From IMG/VR virus record IMGVR_UViG_3300028048_001915, positions 23,268 to 87,267 of that record: 64,000 bases of DNA, one strand, 5' to 3'. This document shows, in pieces, positions 20,008 through 30,646 of the stretch; positions within the stretch are counted from its first letter, which is position 1, and each line of letters starts with the position of its first letter. This stretch comes from a virus. Its lineage: Duplodnaviria > Caudoviricetes. The notes under the pieces are model-generated. The model had not been told where the DNA came from and made no database searches. It saw nothing but the letters and a program-made list of their open reading frames with translations. The position numbers were made by a program, and so were the translations under genes.

Positions 20008-20578
20008 TTAATCTCTCACGAATCTTATTAGTATCAAATAATTGACTTAAATCATTCATATTATTCTCAACATTAACTTCAACATTATTCTCTTGACTTT
20101 TAATGAAATCCAAATACAATTTTTGTGCATTACGTTTTTCACTAGCAACATCTTTCCAGGAAGTATTTGAATCAGGGTCATCAGCTTCAGATTCCATCTT
20201 ACGAACTGCATCAGGATAATCACGACTAACATCAAGCAAACCTTGAATTTGTTCCGCAGTAGCTTCAGCTATTCCTCTACCAATAACGGTTCCTTCCTGA
20301 ATAGCAGCAGCTCTATCCGTAACATGTTTTTTTTCAATGGATTTCTTTTCATTATCCACAGGGTTTTCATGTTTCTTTTTAAGATTAACATCCGCTATAT
20401 CCAAAGCTTCTGCTTCAAGATTATCTTTCTTATATCTGCTAATCGCACCATGACCAATGTCTTCATTATATTCCTTTTTCAACCAACGAGATATTTCACG
20501 TGAAGACTTACCCTCACGAATCTTATCCATGATTTCATTATAATGAATTGATTGTGCTACTTTACTTTTTGGTGGCAT
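19952..20578 (-). CDS. Putative terminase small subunit
   Basis: N-terminal HTH-like region (GKSSREISRWL) in the gene directly upstream of TerL. Confidence 0.55.
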   Translation of the reverse strand: MPPKSKVAQSIHYNEIMDKIREGKSSREISRWLKKEYNEDIGHGAISRYKKDNLEAEALDIADVNLKKKHENPVDNEKKSIEKKHVTDRAAAIQEGTVIGRGIAEATAEQIQGLLDVSRDYPDAVRKMESEADDPDSNTSWKDVASEKRNAQKLYLDFIKSQENNVEVNVENNMNDLSQLFDTNKIRERLNAKRKLRKSKSKSKSDGG

Positions 20579-20628
20579 GGTTATCTACATCCGAAGACTA
20601 TTTTTCTAATGTTTTGTTTTGTTTCATT

Positions 20629-20674
20629 TGTTCCGGAACAATAATGTTCTGTTTCGAAACACTGTTGCGAAACA
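20629..20674. repeat. Three TGTTnCGnAACA palindromes upstream of terS
   Basis: TGTTCCGGAACA 20629-20640, TGTTTCGAAACA 20650-20661, TGTTGCGAAACA 20663-20674. Confidence 0.75.
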
Positions 20675-20694
20675 GGTAAAAAGAATATTAAATT

Positions 20695-21135
20695 TTAATG
20701 CACTAATTGGAAATATATATTCACAGCAATAGTTATTACAGTGAATATTGCACCTAAAATTAGCATTTGATTATTAAAACGTCTTTGGTCATCTTTCTCT
20801 TTATCTTTAATGCTATCTTTCAAGTTTTGATAATCTGTTTCAATTGTTTTTAATCGGAGTTCTAATTCAACATCTCCTTTATTTGAATCTACTTTGAAAT
20901 CATTGAAACCTTGAACTAAGATATCTAATTTTTTATCCATTTCATTCATCTTAGTATTCAATTCATCAATCCTCTTTTCCTTATAATCTGCACGAGCTTC
21001 TAACTCAGCAGTTTTTCGACTAATGCCTTGAATTTGTTCTTCATGTATACAGTTATGTTCAGTATGCATCTTCTTCACCCACTGCATCACTGGTATTAAT
21101 ACTATCATATCCTGCAGCAGGATCAACTGTTTCAT
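20695..21135 (-). CDS. Coiled-coil protein with a C-terminal transmembrane helix (lysis/membrane associated)
   Basis: Heptad-rich body and a C-terminal LILGAIFTVITIAVNIYF segment. Confidence 0.5.
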   Translation of the reverse strand: MKQLILLQDMIVLIPVMQWVKKMHTEHNCIHEEQIQGISRKTAELEARADYKEKRIDELNTKMNEMDKKLDILVQGFNDFKVDSNKGDVELELRLKTIETDYQNLKDSIKDKEKDDQRRFNNQMLILGAIFTVITIAVNIYFQLVH

Positions 21136-21367
21136 TTAACTTCGCTTCATAATTTTCAATTGCCATTTGTTCAGCCACATCAACACGTGTGTTTTCTGTT
21201 GATTGAACTATAATGTAACCTGCAATCCATACTATGAATGGTGCTAAGTATGCGAATTGTTCGGGGAGTATTTGTGCTAATGCATCTTTCCCTAAATATG
21301 ATATTGCTCCTGCGATGAATACTATTGCATTCGCTGCTTTACTTTTATATTTATATGTTTGTGTCAT
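21059..21367 (-). CDS. Holin-like small membrane protein
   Basis: Two N-terminal hydrophobic helices and an acidic tail. Confidence 0.45.
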   Translation of the reverse strand: MTQTYKYKSKAANAIVFIAGAISYLGKDALAQILPEQFAYLAPFIVWIAGYIIVQSTENTRVDVAEQMAIENYEAKLNETVDPAAGYDSINTSDAVGEEDAY

Positions 21368-21402
21368 TGGATGATGGTCTCCTTTAAATTTTATATTTTG
21401 AT

Positions 21403-21580
21403 TGGTGATGTCAGGGTTTGCACCTGATTATATTTGAAAAAAGAGAGAGAAAAAAAATTTTAATCTAAAATTTATAAGTCTACAGGAAAATTAATTTTTT
21501 GAATGAAATCTAAAAAAAGATATTGTTACCCATTATTTTTTTAACACCTTTCACCAACCCTCTTTTTTTTATACATCACC
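21403..21580 (-). ncRNA. tRNA-like element 3 (acceptor stem plus T-arm enclosing a ~150-nt insert)
   Basis: 5' GGTGATG (21580-21574) pairs with 3' CATCACC (21410-21404) plus discriminator A. T-arm is TCAGG TGCAAAC CCTGA. Inner AAAAAAGAGGG can pair with CTCTCTTTTTT. Confidence 0.65.
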
Positions 21581-21590
21581 ATATCCATTT

Positions 21591-21803
21591 TTATATGATT
21601 AGGATTTTATATGGATAATCCGCTTTTCTTAATCCAACATATTCTATTGATGCACGGGTTACTAATCCGCATTCTGTACAATAATCTAGGCAGTGTTCTT
21701 CATTATGGATTACTCTGCCTTTGCATTCTGGACATTTGTCGAAGTTGAGCTCTGCTCTTATTATCTTCGCTCTTTTAAGCGGTTTTGATGTTATGGGTTT
21801 CAA
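21591..21803 (-). CDS. TFIIB-type zinc-ribbon protein
   Basis: CPECKGRVIHNEEHCLDYCTECGLV matches the TFB zinc-ribbon pattern. Confidence 0.7.
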   Translation of the reverse strand: MKPITSKPLKRAKIIRAELNFDKCPECKGRVIHNEEHCLDYCTECGLVTRASIEYVGLRKADYPYKILII

Positions 21804-21850
21804 TGTTATCCTTCTCTATTATACTATAGTAATTAGTCGCAACATTCTGG

Positions 21851-21883
21851 AATAGTAAAGTATAAAAAAGTAACTTTTCATTA
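21851..21883 (+). promoter_or_regulatory. 33-bp motif (copy 1; 31/33 identical to 62960-62992) containing TATAAAAAAGTAAC and the palindrome AAAAG-TAA-CTTTT
   Basis: AATAGTAAAGTATAAAAAAGTAACTTTTCATTA. Confidence 0.7.
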
Positions 21884-24528
21884 TATATTAATTGGAAGAG
21901 GAAAAAAATAGGAAAAATATTTTTAATATTTTTTTTTAGGATTTTCTTTTCCTATTGTGTTCACTATATGAGAAATGAAGTGTTATTCCCCTCAATTTTA
22001 TGTTGAGGGGGGTAGAGTTTTATTCTATGTTTTGGAGGAAAAAATTTTGGATAAAATGAGATAAGTGAAGGAAAAAAAATGTTTTTTTTATGATAGGAGG
22101 TTATTTTTTTTACTTTTTTTAATATTACATTCTGTGTATATGTTTTTTAAAAAAAATGGTGTGGTATCTTAATTATATTTAAAGATGACTTTCTTATGGA
22201 AATATTATATTTTTTTTTTACAAGTTTTATCTCTTTTAATTCAATTTTTTTCTCTTAAAATAGAATAAAAAAAATAGAATATTTGGCACCTAATTTGGTG
22301 CTGAAGAGTACTTTGAAAACATTTAAATATATGTTTTTATAAATATTTATACATAAACTTAATACTAGTATACTGTTTATGTGTTTCTGTTGTTTGTCTT
22401 ATTATCAACTGCCATTGGTAATAAGATCCAACATTCTATTTATGAAATCTTATTTTTTTAAAATTTCCATATTTAAATATAATCTTATTTTACTCAAATA
22501 ATAAAAAAATAGAATATTTGTTTAGCATTTTTGATTTTATTAGTAATTTTTTCTAAAAATAGTATTCATAATAAAGTAATAATAAAAAAAATTGTTTTTA
22601 ATTTGAATGGTTTTATACTCTACTTTTTTTGGAAAAAAATATTATGCTTTTATTCTCATATTAATCCTAGTCCTCTTTGAATAAAATCTATTTCATTTTT
22701 ATCTTCAGTGTAAAATACTGGAAAATTATTAAATAATACCCTATAACCTTTAATATGAGTATTATTAACTTTATTTGGTTTGTATACTTCTGTGAAACTA
22801 CATTTATATAGACCATGATTCCATTTATCACTATCTTTTATTACAACACCCATATTATTCATGACATGGAAAAACTCATCAAATACTACTTCAAAGCTAA
22901 TGGTATCCATGTAACGTGCAATTTTTAATAAATTACTAATATCTAATTCACAGTCCTGACAATTAGTCATGAACTCTATTGATTCATGTTTATTAAAATT
23001 AATAAACTTATCATGTTTATTGCAATTATGCCCTAATTCATGTATGAAATTTCCTGTATGTTTACATTTGCTACAACAAATATACAATTATATCATCCCT
23101 TTAAATACAATTTTTAACCGAATATTATTTTATTTTTCTAAGTATTCTTCATTATCTGTCGCAATATATTCTTCCATGACTTCAGGTAGATCGTTGAATG
23201 GTATATCGTATTTGTTGCAGATTTTTTGTAATTGGTCGAGTGTTTGTGTTTCTTCTTGTTCTATTTCGAAATAACGGAATATTACTTGTGGGTCTATCCA
23301 AGTTGTATCTCTTTTTATTTTGAATTCTTTTTTTAAGAACCATTCTTTGAATTGTTCGTATCTGTCAGTCATTCTTCCACTTCCTTATTAAATGTCTTAA
23401 AAATGCCTCTTCATCACTTATTAAAGGTTCTTGATTCATTAATTGTTTTTTTATTTCTTCTATTGATGGCTTCTTCCCAGTATCAACAAAAATAACATGA
23501 TTCAATATAGTAGGAAATCGTTTTTCAGTCATTCAAACACCTCCTTTTTTAATTCAAGATAAACACGTATACTATCCAGGGAACCTACTGCGCATACATC
23601 AAGATTTTCTTTTAAAAATTCTTTAACCTCGTTAGGATTACCTGATAATTTATTGTTCTCAAATAAATCATTTAACTGCCTTGTTAATGTTCTTGTATTG
23701 GCTTTGATTGTTATTTCAGTCATCGTTATCACCATCACAAATAGAATGTAAATATTGCCATGTTTCATACTTCATAGGAATAGGAAGAGATAATACAAAT
23801 TTTGATAGTGAAATATTGAATTTATCATTTGCCTTTGTCATCTCTTTCAAACTCTTTGCTATACCACTAAACTTATCTTCCATTCTTCTTTCAGTCATTC
23901 CATCACTCTTTTTCAAAATATTCACACTCAAAACCATACAATTCCTGTCCTTTCAAACATACTTCATATTCATCTTCACCAACAAAACCATCACCCATCT
24001 TCCAATCCCAATCATGCCACCCACATTTATTACAATCAATAACTGCCTTAAAATCTTCACAATTTTTATTTGGTTCATGTCCTTTTGAACAACAAAAAAG
24101 CAGACCCATACCTAAATCACCATGATAACATTTACGACAATTATCTGGAATTCTTCCTGAATTCTTATTTCGACTTGTAGTTTTATATCTTATTATATTC
24201 TTCTTCGTCTTATTTCCATTCATAATAATAATCCTCCCAGTAATAATCCAGTAATAAATGCTAAAATCATACAAAATCGTAAATACCATGTGGGGAATCT
24301 TTTTTCAGTCATTCTAAATCACTTTTTAAATCATTTACTTCACGATATAATAAAAGTTCACAACTTTCATCTTTACCATATTTCGCACGATATTCCTCCA
24401 ATATAAGATAAATATGTTTTTTCCATTTCCTATCTTCAAAATAACTCCTAATAACTGCATAAACAATTACACAAAGTAATAATTCAAATGTCATAATTAC
24501 TAAATCCAATAAAGTAAATGATACAATT

Positions 24529-24999
24529 TCAGTCATCTGAATCACCAAATAATCTTTTATTTTTTTCTTTAATCTCTTTAGTGTTTTCTTTTAATTCATC
24601 AAGATACTCTTGAAATTTATCCGATACTTCATATCCTTTCTTTATTGCTCTTGAAATTTCAGACATGAATAAAGAGTTTGCATTAAAATAATGTATACAT
24701 TGTAATTTCCAAAATTTAATATCATTATCTTGTTTTAATTCTTTAATTGTTTTATCTTGCTCATTTAATAAATCACAAACAGTATCTGCTTCCACATGAT
24801 ATTCATATACATAATCCCAGTATTTATCACTTGCAGATTGCAAAATAGCATCTTCATACTCTTCAATATCTATATTATCCTTTTTAGCCGTTTCAAATTC
24901 TTTTTTCTCAAAATCCTCTAATGTTTTATAGTCTTCGCTTTCTGTATCTAAAAAATAAACATATTCATCATCAGTTACACTAATATATCTTTCACTCAT
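24529..24999 (-). CDS. Hypothetical protein, MTEK/LLN paralog family
   Basis: VCDLLNEQDKTIKELKQ motif. Confidence 0.55.
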   Translation of the reverse strand: MSERYISVTDDEYVYFLDTESEDYKTLEDFEKKEFETAKKDNIDIEEYEDAILQSASDKYWDYVYEYHVEADTVCDLLNEQDKTIKELKQDNDIKFWKLQCIHYFNANSLFMSEISRAIKKGYEVSDKFQEYLDELKENTKEIKEKNKRLFGDSDD

Positions 25000-25005
25000 T
25001 CAGGA

Positions 25006-25299
25006 TCACCATCTCTTCAATTCCTCGTTCACATAATCTTCACATACACAAGTAGTACAATTACATTCTACTTGATTTGATTTTATCATTGCATTGATTA
25101 TTCTATCTTTCATTGATGCATTCTCTTTTTCCAGTTCAGTATTTTGTTTGTCTGCTAATTCTAATTCTTCACGAAGAAGATTAATATATTCATCTTGCTT
25201 ATTCAATAAATCAACAACTTCTTCTCTGTTTAACTCAAATTTCCCTTCTACAACAGGACATTCAGTATCATCACCAATTTTAAATCGTTTTTCAGTCAT
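25006..25299 (-). CDS. Hypothetical protein, MTEK/LLN paralog family
   Basis: MTEKRF start; EVVDLLNKQDEYINLL motif. Confidence 0.55.
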   Translation of the reverse strand: MTEKRFKIGDDTECPVVEGKFELNREEVVDLLNKQDEYINLLREELELADKQNTELEKENASMKDRIINAMIKSNQVECNCTTCVCEDYVNEELKRW

Positions 25300-27159
25300 A
25301 CAACATCACCATTATAAATTAAACTCCATACTTAAACCATCAAAACTAAAAAAATACCTCTGCCCATAATTATTAGTATATTCAAAAGTACAACCGAACT
25401 CCTCACAAAAATCAACTAATATATTTAATGGGATTTTAGATACATTAGAAATGTCTAATCCAAATGAATCACCAAAAAACATTAGTTTTACTTTTATTCC
25501 ATTATTACGCATAAATTCTTCACAATCAAATTTAAATTCTCTTTTACTTCTCTCAAATTTCTTTTTTATATTATTCAAATCAATAACATCTTGTTTAAAT
25601 CGTTTATTTTCAGTCATTTCAATCATCATATAAAGTTATTTCTAATCTTCTTTTATTACCGATTGCATCTTTTAAATCAAAACAAATTGTTCTTTCTGTT
25701 TCAATTGACAATTTATTTTCACATAACATCTTACTGAACATTTCACCATTTTCTGTGAATATTTGCTCCAAATACATTATAAAACTCATACCATTTTGAA
25801 TTGGTTTTATTTTTTCAGTCATCATTCCACTTCCTCTAATTGTTTTTTAATAGATTTACCATATATTGCTTCTAAATCTTTTTTATGTTTTCTTACAAGT
25901 AATTTATAAGGAAATAAATCATTTAACAAATCTACAAGGACTTTGGCATCTTCGGGGCTAAAAACACTTGCTACATTTTCAGTATAACCATTATGTTGCA
26001 TCATTATCCAATGTGAATCGTGATAAAATCGTTTTTCAGTCATATTAATCACCTATTAAATTTTCCCCATACTTTTCTTTCGTTTTTTGATTCCATAATC
26101 CAAACAACTGGATTTTTCTTGTAACGACATGACCCCAGATTTTTAATCTTCATCTGATATGGTCTATATCTTCCTCTTGTACTAATTCTTTTCGTAAACC
26201 TGAATGAATAATGAAGTAACCATAATTCCCAGATAGGTAAAATAGGGTTCAATGGATTACTATAATACCTTTGGTGCTTTGAAAAATTTGATTTATGAAT
26301 ATAAGTCATTCCACATCACCTAATTCTTATAAACTATCCCTTTCCCTCATCTTTTTATTAGCCACATCATAATCCCATATTTTCAATGGGTAAATACCTT
26401 TTTCTTTTAATAATTTAACCATCTCCCCTAATATCACATTAGGCTCTGTCCGTATTCCTGCCCGTACTTTTGCTTTTGCATATGCTATTTTCCACATTTT
26501 ATCTAATTCTTTTTTATTAGGCAGTTCTTTCGCATTGTAAAGATAATGTTCTGTAAATTCCCAATCAAATGAAGTTAATGCAATTATTTCAGTCATCATA
26601 TATCACCATTTATTAAACATTATATTTCCTCAATATTCTATTAAAGAAACCTAAATTATAATTAAAACCATATGGGGCAATGTCCTTATCTTCAAGAACA
26701 AACAACCAAGCAACACAAACTTCTGTCATAAGACTTAATGAGATTCCCCTTTCATCTTCTGCCTTTGCTTTACCAAATTTGGCATCAGAAACTAATTCTT
26801 TAATAATATTCTCTTCTGTCCATCTTTTATTAACCACCCAGTTATCAACATATTCACCTTTAACTTCTATACCTATTGTTTTTAGTTCATCAACAGTTAG
26901 ATAATCCACTAATCTTTTAGCAAACCTTTTATCAAACATTGTTTCTAATTTCTCATAATTTTCCAATATTTCTTGTTTAGTTTTCATAATTAATTACTCC
27001 AATGAATTATTTATTTTCAGTTATTCAGAATCCTCATTCATCATCATATCTTTTTTCTTCATCTTCAATCTCTAATGCTTGATACCCACATTCAAGACAT
27101 AAAGTACAACAATGTCCTGATTGCAAAACACAGTATGTTATTTCATCACTCATTCAGGA

Positions 27160-27654
27160 TCACCTTAAAATTTCGTAATCTTGTCCATTCATAAATACTA
27201 TCTTATCATTACTTGCTAATTCTGTAATTCTTTCTTTTAATCTTTCATTTTGTTTTTTCAAATAATCTATATAATCATCTTGACTATTTGATTCAATTGT
27301 GCATCGTAAAAATTTGTTTTCTTTTTTTAATTTTCTATTTTCTTTTGCTAAATCGTATTCTTTCACTTCTGAATAGAATAAATCTTCTAATGCATTTTTA
27401 ACTTTTTCATCTTCACAATTGTTTATAAATTCTTTTAACGATAAGATACGATTATTTATATTCTCATCCCTAATTTCACTTAATCGTTTATACCTTTCTT
27501 TTTCTCGTTTTAACTGAATATTCTTTTTTTTTAGTTCTTTGTTCTGTTCTTTTAATTGTTGATTTTTTTTATCTAATCCATTCATTACTTCAAGAAAAGC
27601 ATTTGTCTGCCATCCATGCACAGTTTTCCAGGTAAATCGTTTATTTTCAGTCAT
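27160..27654 (-). CDS. Coiled-coil hypothetical protein, MTEK family
   Basis: MTENKRF start; long heptad region. Confidence 0.5.
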   Translation of the reverse strand: MTENKRFTWKTVHGWQTNAFLEVMNGLDKKNQQLKEQNKELKKKNIQLKREKERYKRLSEIRDENINNRILSLKEFINNCEDEKVKNALEDLFYSEVKEYDLAKENRKLKKENKFLRCTIESNSQDDYIDYLKKQNERLKERITELASNDKIVFMNGQDYEILR

Positions 27655-28669
27655 TATTAATCACCAATATAATATTCACAACCATCCGCACTTGACAAAA
27701 CTTGTTCATGTGTCAATGCACAATAATCATTACAATCCTCACCATCTGTCTTTTTTTTATAAGGTTGGAATAAATGATTATTACAATACAAACACCATGT
27801 ATCCCGATATATTTTCCTGTTAATCCTTTTTTTATATTCCACCATAGTATTTCACACCTCTATATGTGATGGCTCGTAACATTCAAATGGAATATACACC
27901 ATAAAACATTCATTATCAGATTCTTCATTATTATGACAATAAAGAATTATTTTTAATTTACTCCTTTCCACCATAGCTGCTTCACTAACATGATCTGCAG
28001 CAGTAACTGGGTTAACGAATATGAAAAAAGGTGGTGTATATGGTAATCGTATTAATTCCCATTGTCTAAATTTCAAATAAACACCTGATATATCATAATA
28101 ACTGTCATGTATCTGCATGTAATGGTTTTGCCATAATTTACGGTTGATTTTTTTGATTAACCATCGGCTTTTACGATTTAATTCATTGTTTAAACCATTA
28201 CATAATCCGCCAATATGTTTTGCTGATTTACGAGTCATAATCATTAATACCTCTTTGTATTTAATATACGGAGAGCTTCTATTAACCCCTCATTTTTACC
28301 TTCAAGTTTAATTCGTGAATCTTTTATTTGACTTATTATGTCGTTTAATTTTTTAATAGTTGATTCATATTCATCAATAGATTCATTCTGTTTTTTTATT
28401 TCTTTTTTCAATCCCTTTATCTCTTTTTCTAAACGAGTTATTTGTCTGCTTTTTTCCTCACTTAAAGATTTATATTTTTTCTCATCAACCATAACTTTAG
28501 TCTCCTTTGTTTTTAATATACTCAAACATTTTTCTCTCTAATTCATCCATTTTACTAACAATATTATTCATATGATTAATATCTGGATTTTCTTGTTGTT
28601 TCAAATTATTCAATATAGCTGAATATTCCAGGTATTTTCTGCAATAATTTTTGAAAGGATTATCGTTTT

Positions 28670-29029
28670 TCATGCAGCACACTCCCCATAGTTTTTAACG
28701 TCTAATCCTTTTAACATATTCCAGTTTAAACCTTCATTGTTTAATGTTTGTGTTGCTAATTCTTTATTCACGATTATTATAGTGTATCCTTGATTGTTGC
28801 ATTTTTGGAATAATTTTAATAGGTTAACAGAGCTGAATCTGAGAGTTTTTTTGTTTGATGTTATTGCGAATACCCATGTGTATCCTTTTTTTGTAGATGC
28901 ATTGGCTTTTTTGATATTAACGAATCCGGTTTTATTTCTTGTTGTTTTGAATCTGTTAGATTGGTTATGGTTTATTTTTAGTTTATTCTTTTTTAGTGCT
29001 TCTTCGAATAATATTTTTAATTTAACCAT
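28670..29029 (-). CDS. Putative AP2-like nucleic-acid-binding protein
   Basis: NKTGFVNIKK...KKGYTWVF...FSSVNLLKL pattern; basic protein. Confidence 0.35.
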   Translation of the reverse strand: MVKLKILFEEALKKNKLKINHNQSNRFKTTRNKTGFVNIKKANASTKKGYTWVFAITSNKKTLRFSSVNLLKLFQKCNNQGYTIIIVNKELATQTLNNEGLNWNMLKGLDVKNYGECAA

Positions 29030-30646
29030 TTTTTATTTCACATCCCACCATTTTCTATTAGTTTTTTTTAATTATCACTCTTTTTTAATTTCCACTGTTA
29101 CATTATGGTTGTCTTTTAGTAATTCTTGGAAATCTAATCTCCAACTGTCCTTGAATTCAGGATTATCTGCAACATATAAACCATCAATACTGGTTAATTC
29201 ATGTTCATATGATTTATTACGTTTCTCAAGAGTGTGAGAATAATCGGCTAATTTAATAATGATTTTGCCCGTAATCTCATTACTTTCTAATAAAGATTTA
29301 ATCATTTTACTGTTTATTTTATCATTAATTATGAATCCTAAACTTATTCCACATATGAAGAGTAATATGAAACTTATTGTCATCATAACTGGTTCAATCA
29401 TAATTTTATACCTCTCCTTTAAAAAAATAATAAATAATGGAATTTTTTTTATAAATAAACTCCATTAATTAAAGTGAATAATTTTCCAGGACCTTGCATT
29501 AATCCATCATCATAATTTTTAATAGAAACTTTCACTTGATCTTCAGGCATGCCTAGTACATTAGCTAGCATCCATTTGGATGGTACGAAGTTATGTTCTT
29601 CTGCTTTGAAATGGACTCTTAAGTTATTGTTTTTCTTTGTTACGTATATTGTGATGTTTGGGAAAACATCTAATAATTTCATTGCTAATTCTTTTTCATT
29701 CATTAAAAATCATTCCTCCATTTTTTTTCTTGTAATTTTTTTTATTATATAGAATATTGCTTAAATATCTCATTTACTAATTCATTGAATTTTTTATCAG
29801 GATTTTCTTCTATTTTAGCTAATATTTTAGTAATATCCCTACCCTGTATGTTCGCAGTGTTAATTTTAGTATACTTAACATATTTTGTATACGAAGTTCC
29901 TGCTTAACTCCACGTAATTCTTCGTTAATTTCATTTAATTCATATGATTCTTTCATTATTTTATTCCTCCATGCAGTCTTCTAAGTAGGTATGGTCTACT
30001 AATATTATTTTTTCATTGTTTAGTGGGCTTTTTAGTATGTCCACTAGTTTTGATTCATATTGTTTTATGCCGATTTTTACTTGGGCATTGTCTGGGCATT
30101 GTTCCAGATATTTTTTTAGTTGTTTTACTGTTAGTGGTTTCATTGCATCCTCCCTGTGCTGATTTGGATTATTGGATATCCATCAACCATTCCATTATTT
30201 CTATTTTTTATTGTTGGTCTGTTTAAATGAAAATCAGCGACATTAATATAGAATGGGTTTCTTAATGTTGGCCCATTCCTATTGTAGTTTTTTCTAATTT
30301 TATAAGCTACCATAAGCCAAACTCTCCCAAGGAATTAATTTTTCCATTTTTCCACACCCATTAAATTTTTACCATAAGTGGTCCCAGGATAAAGTCTTAA
30401 CCTGACCCACCTTAGCCTCCTGATGATAAATATGGTCACCATAAACATAACCCATACTATTACCATAATCAATCAAATGCTTATACCAACCTTTACGAAT
30501 ATTCAAATTAGTACCACGACTTATTCTTCCTATTTTGACTAAAGCAGATTTGTAGCTGAAACCTTCATCTAAGTAGGGTTTGATTTGTTCAAACAAATCT
30601 TTTGTTTCGTTTTTTCTTTCTGCTGTAGTTTGTTCGACTATTGTTA

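Larger units (their letters stand above)
23130..27845 (-). repeat. Array of small ORFs with near-identical starts (GGTGAT-SD...ATGACTGA(A), MTE(K/N)R) and a shared LLN-coiled-coil motif
   Basis: About 12 TCAGTCAT occurrences on the plus strand; exact 19-nt repeat TCACTCATTCAGGATCACC at 24992-25010 and 27146-27164. Confidence 0.7.
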
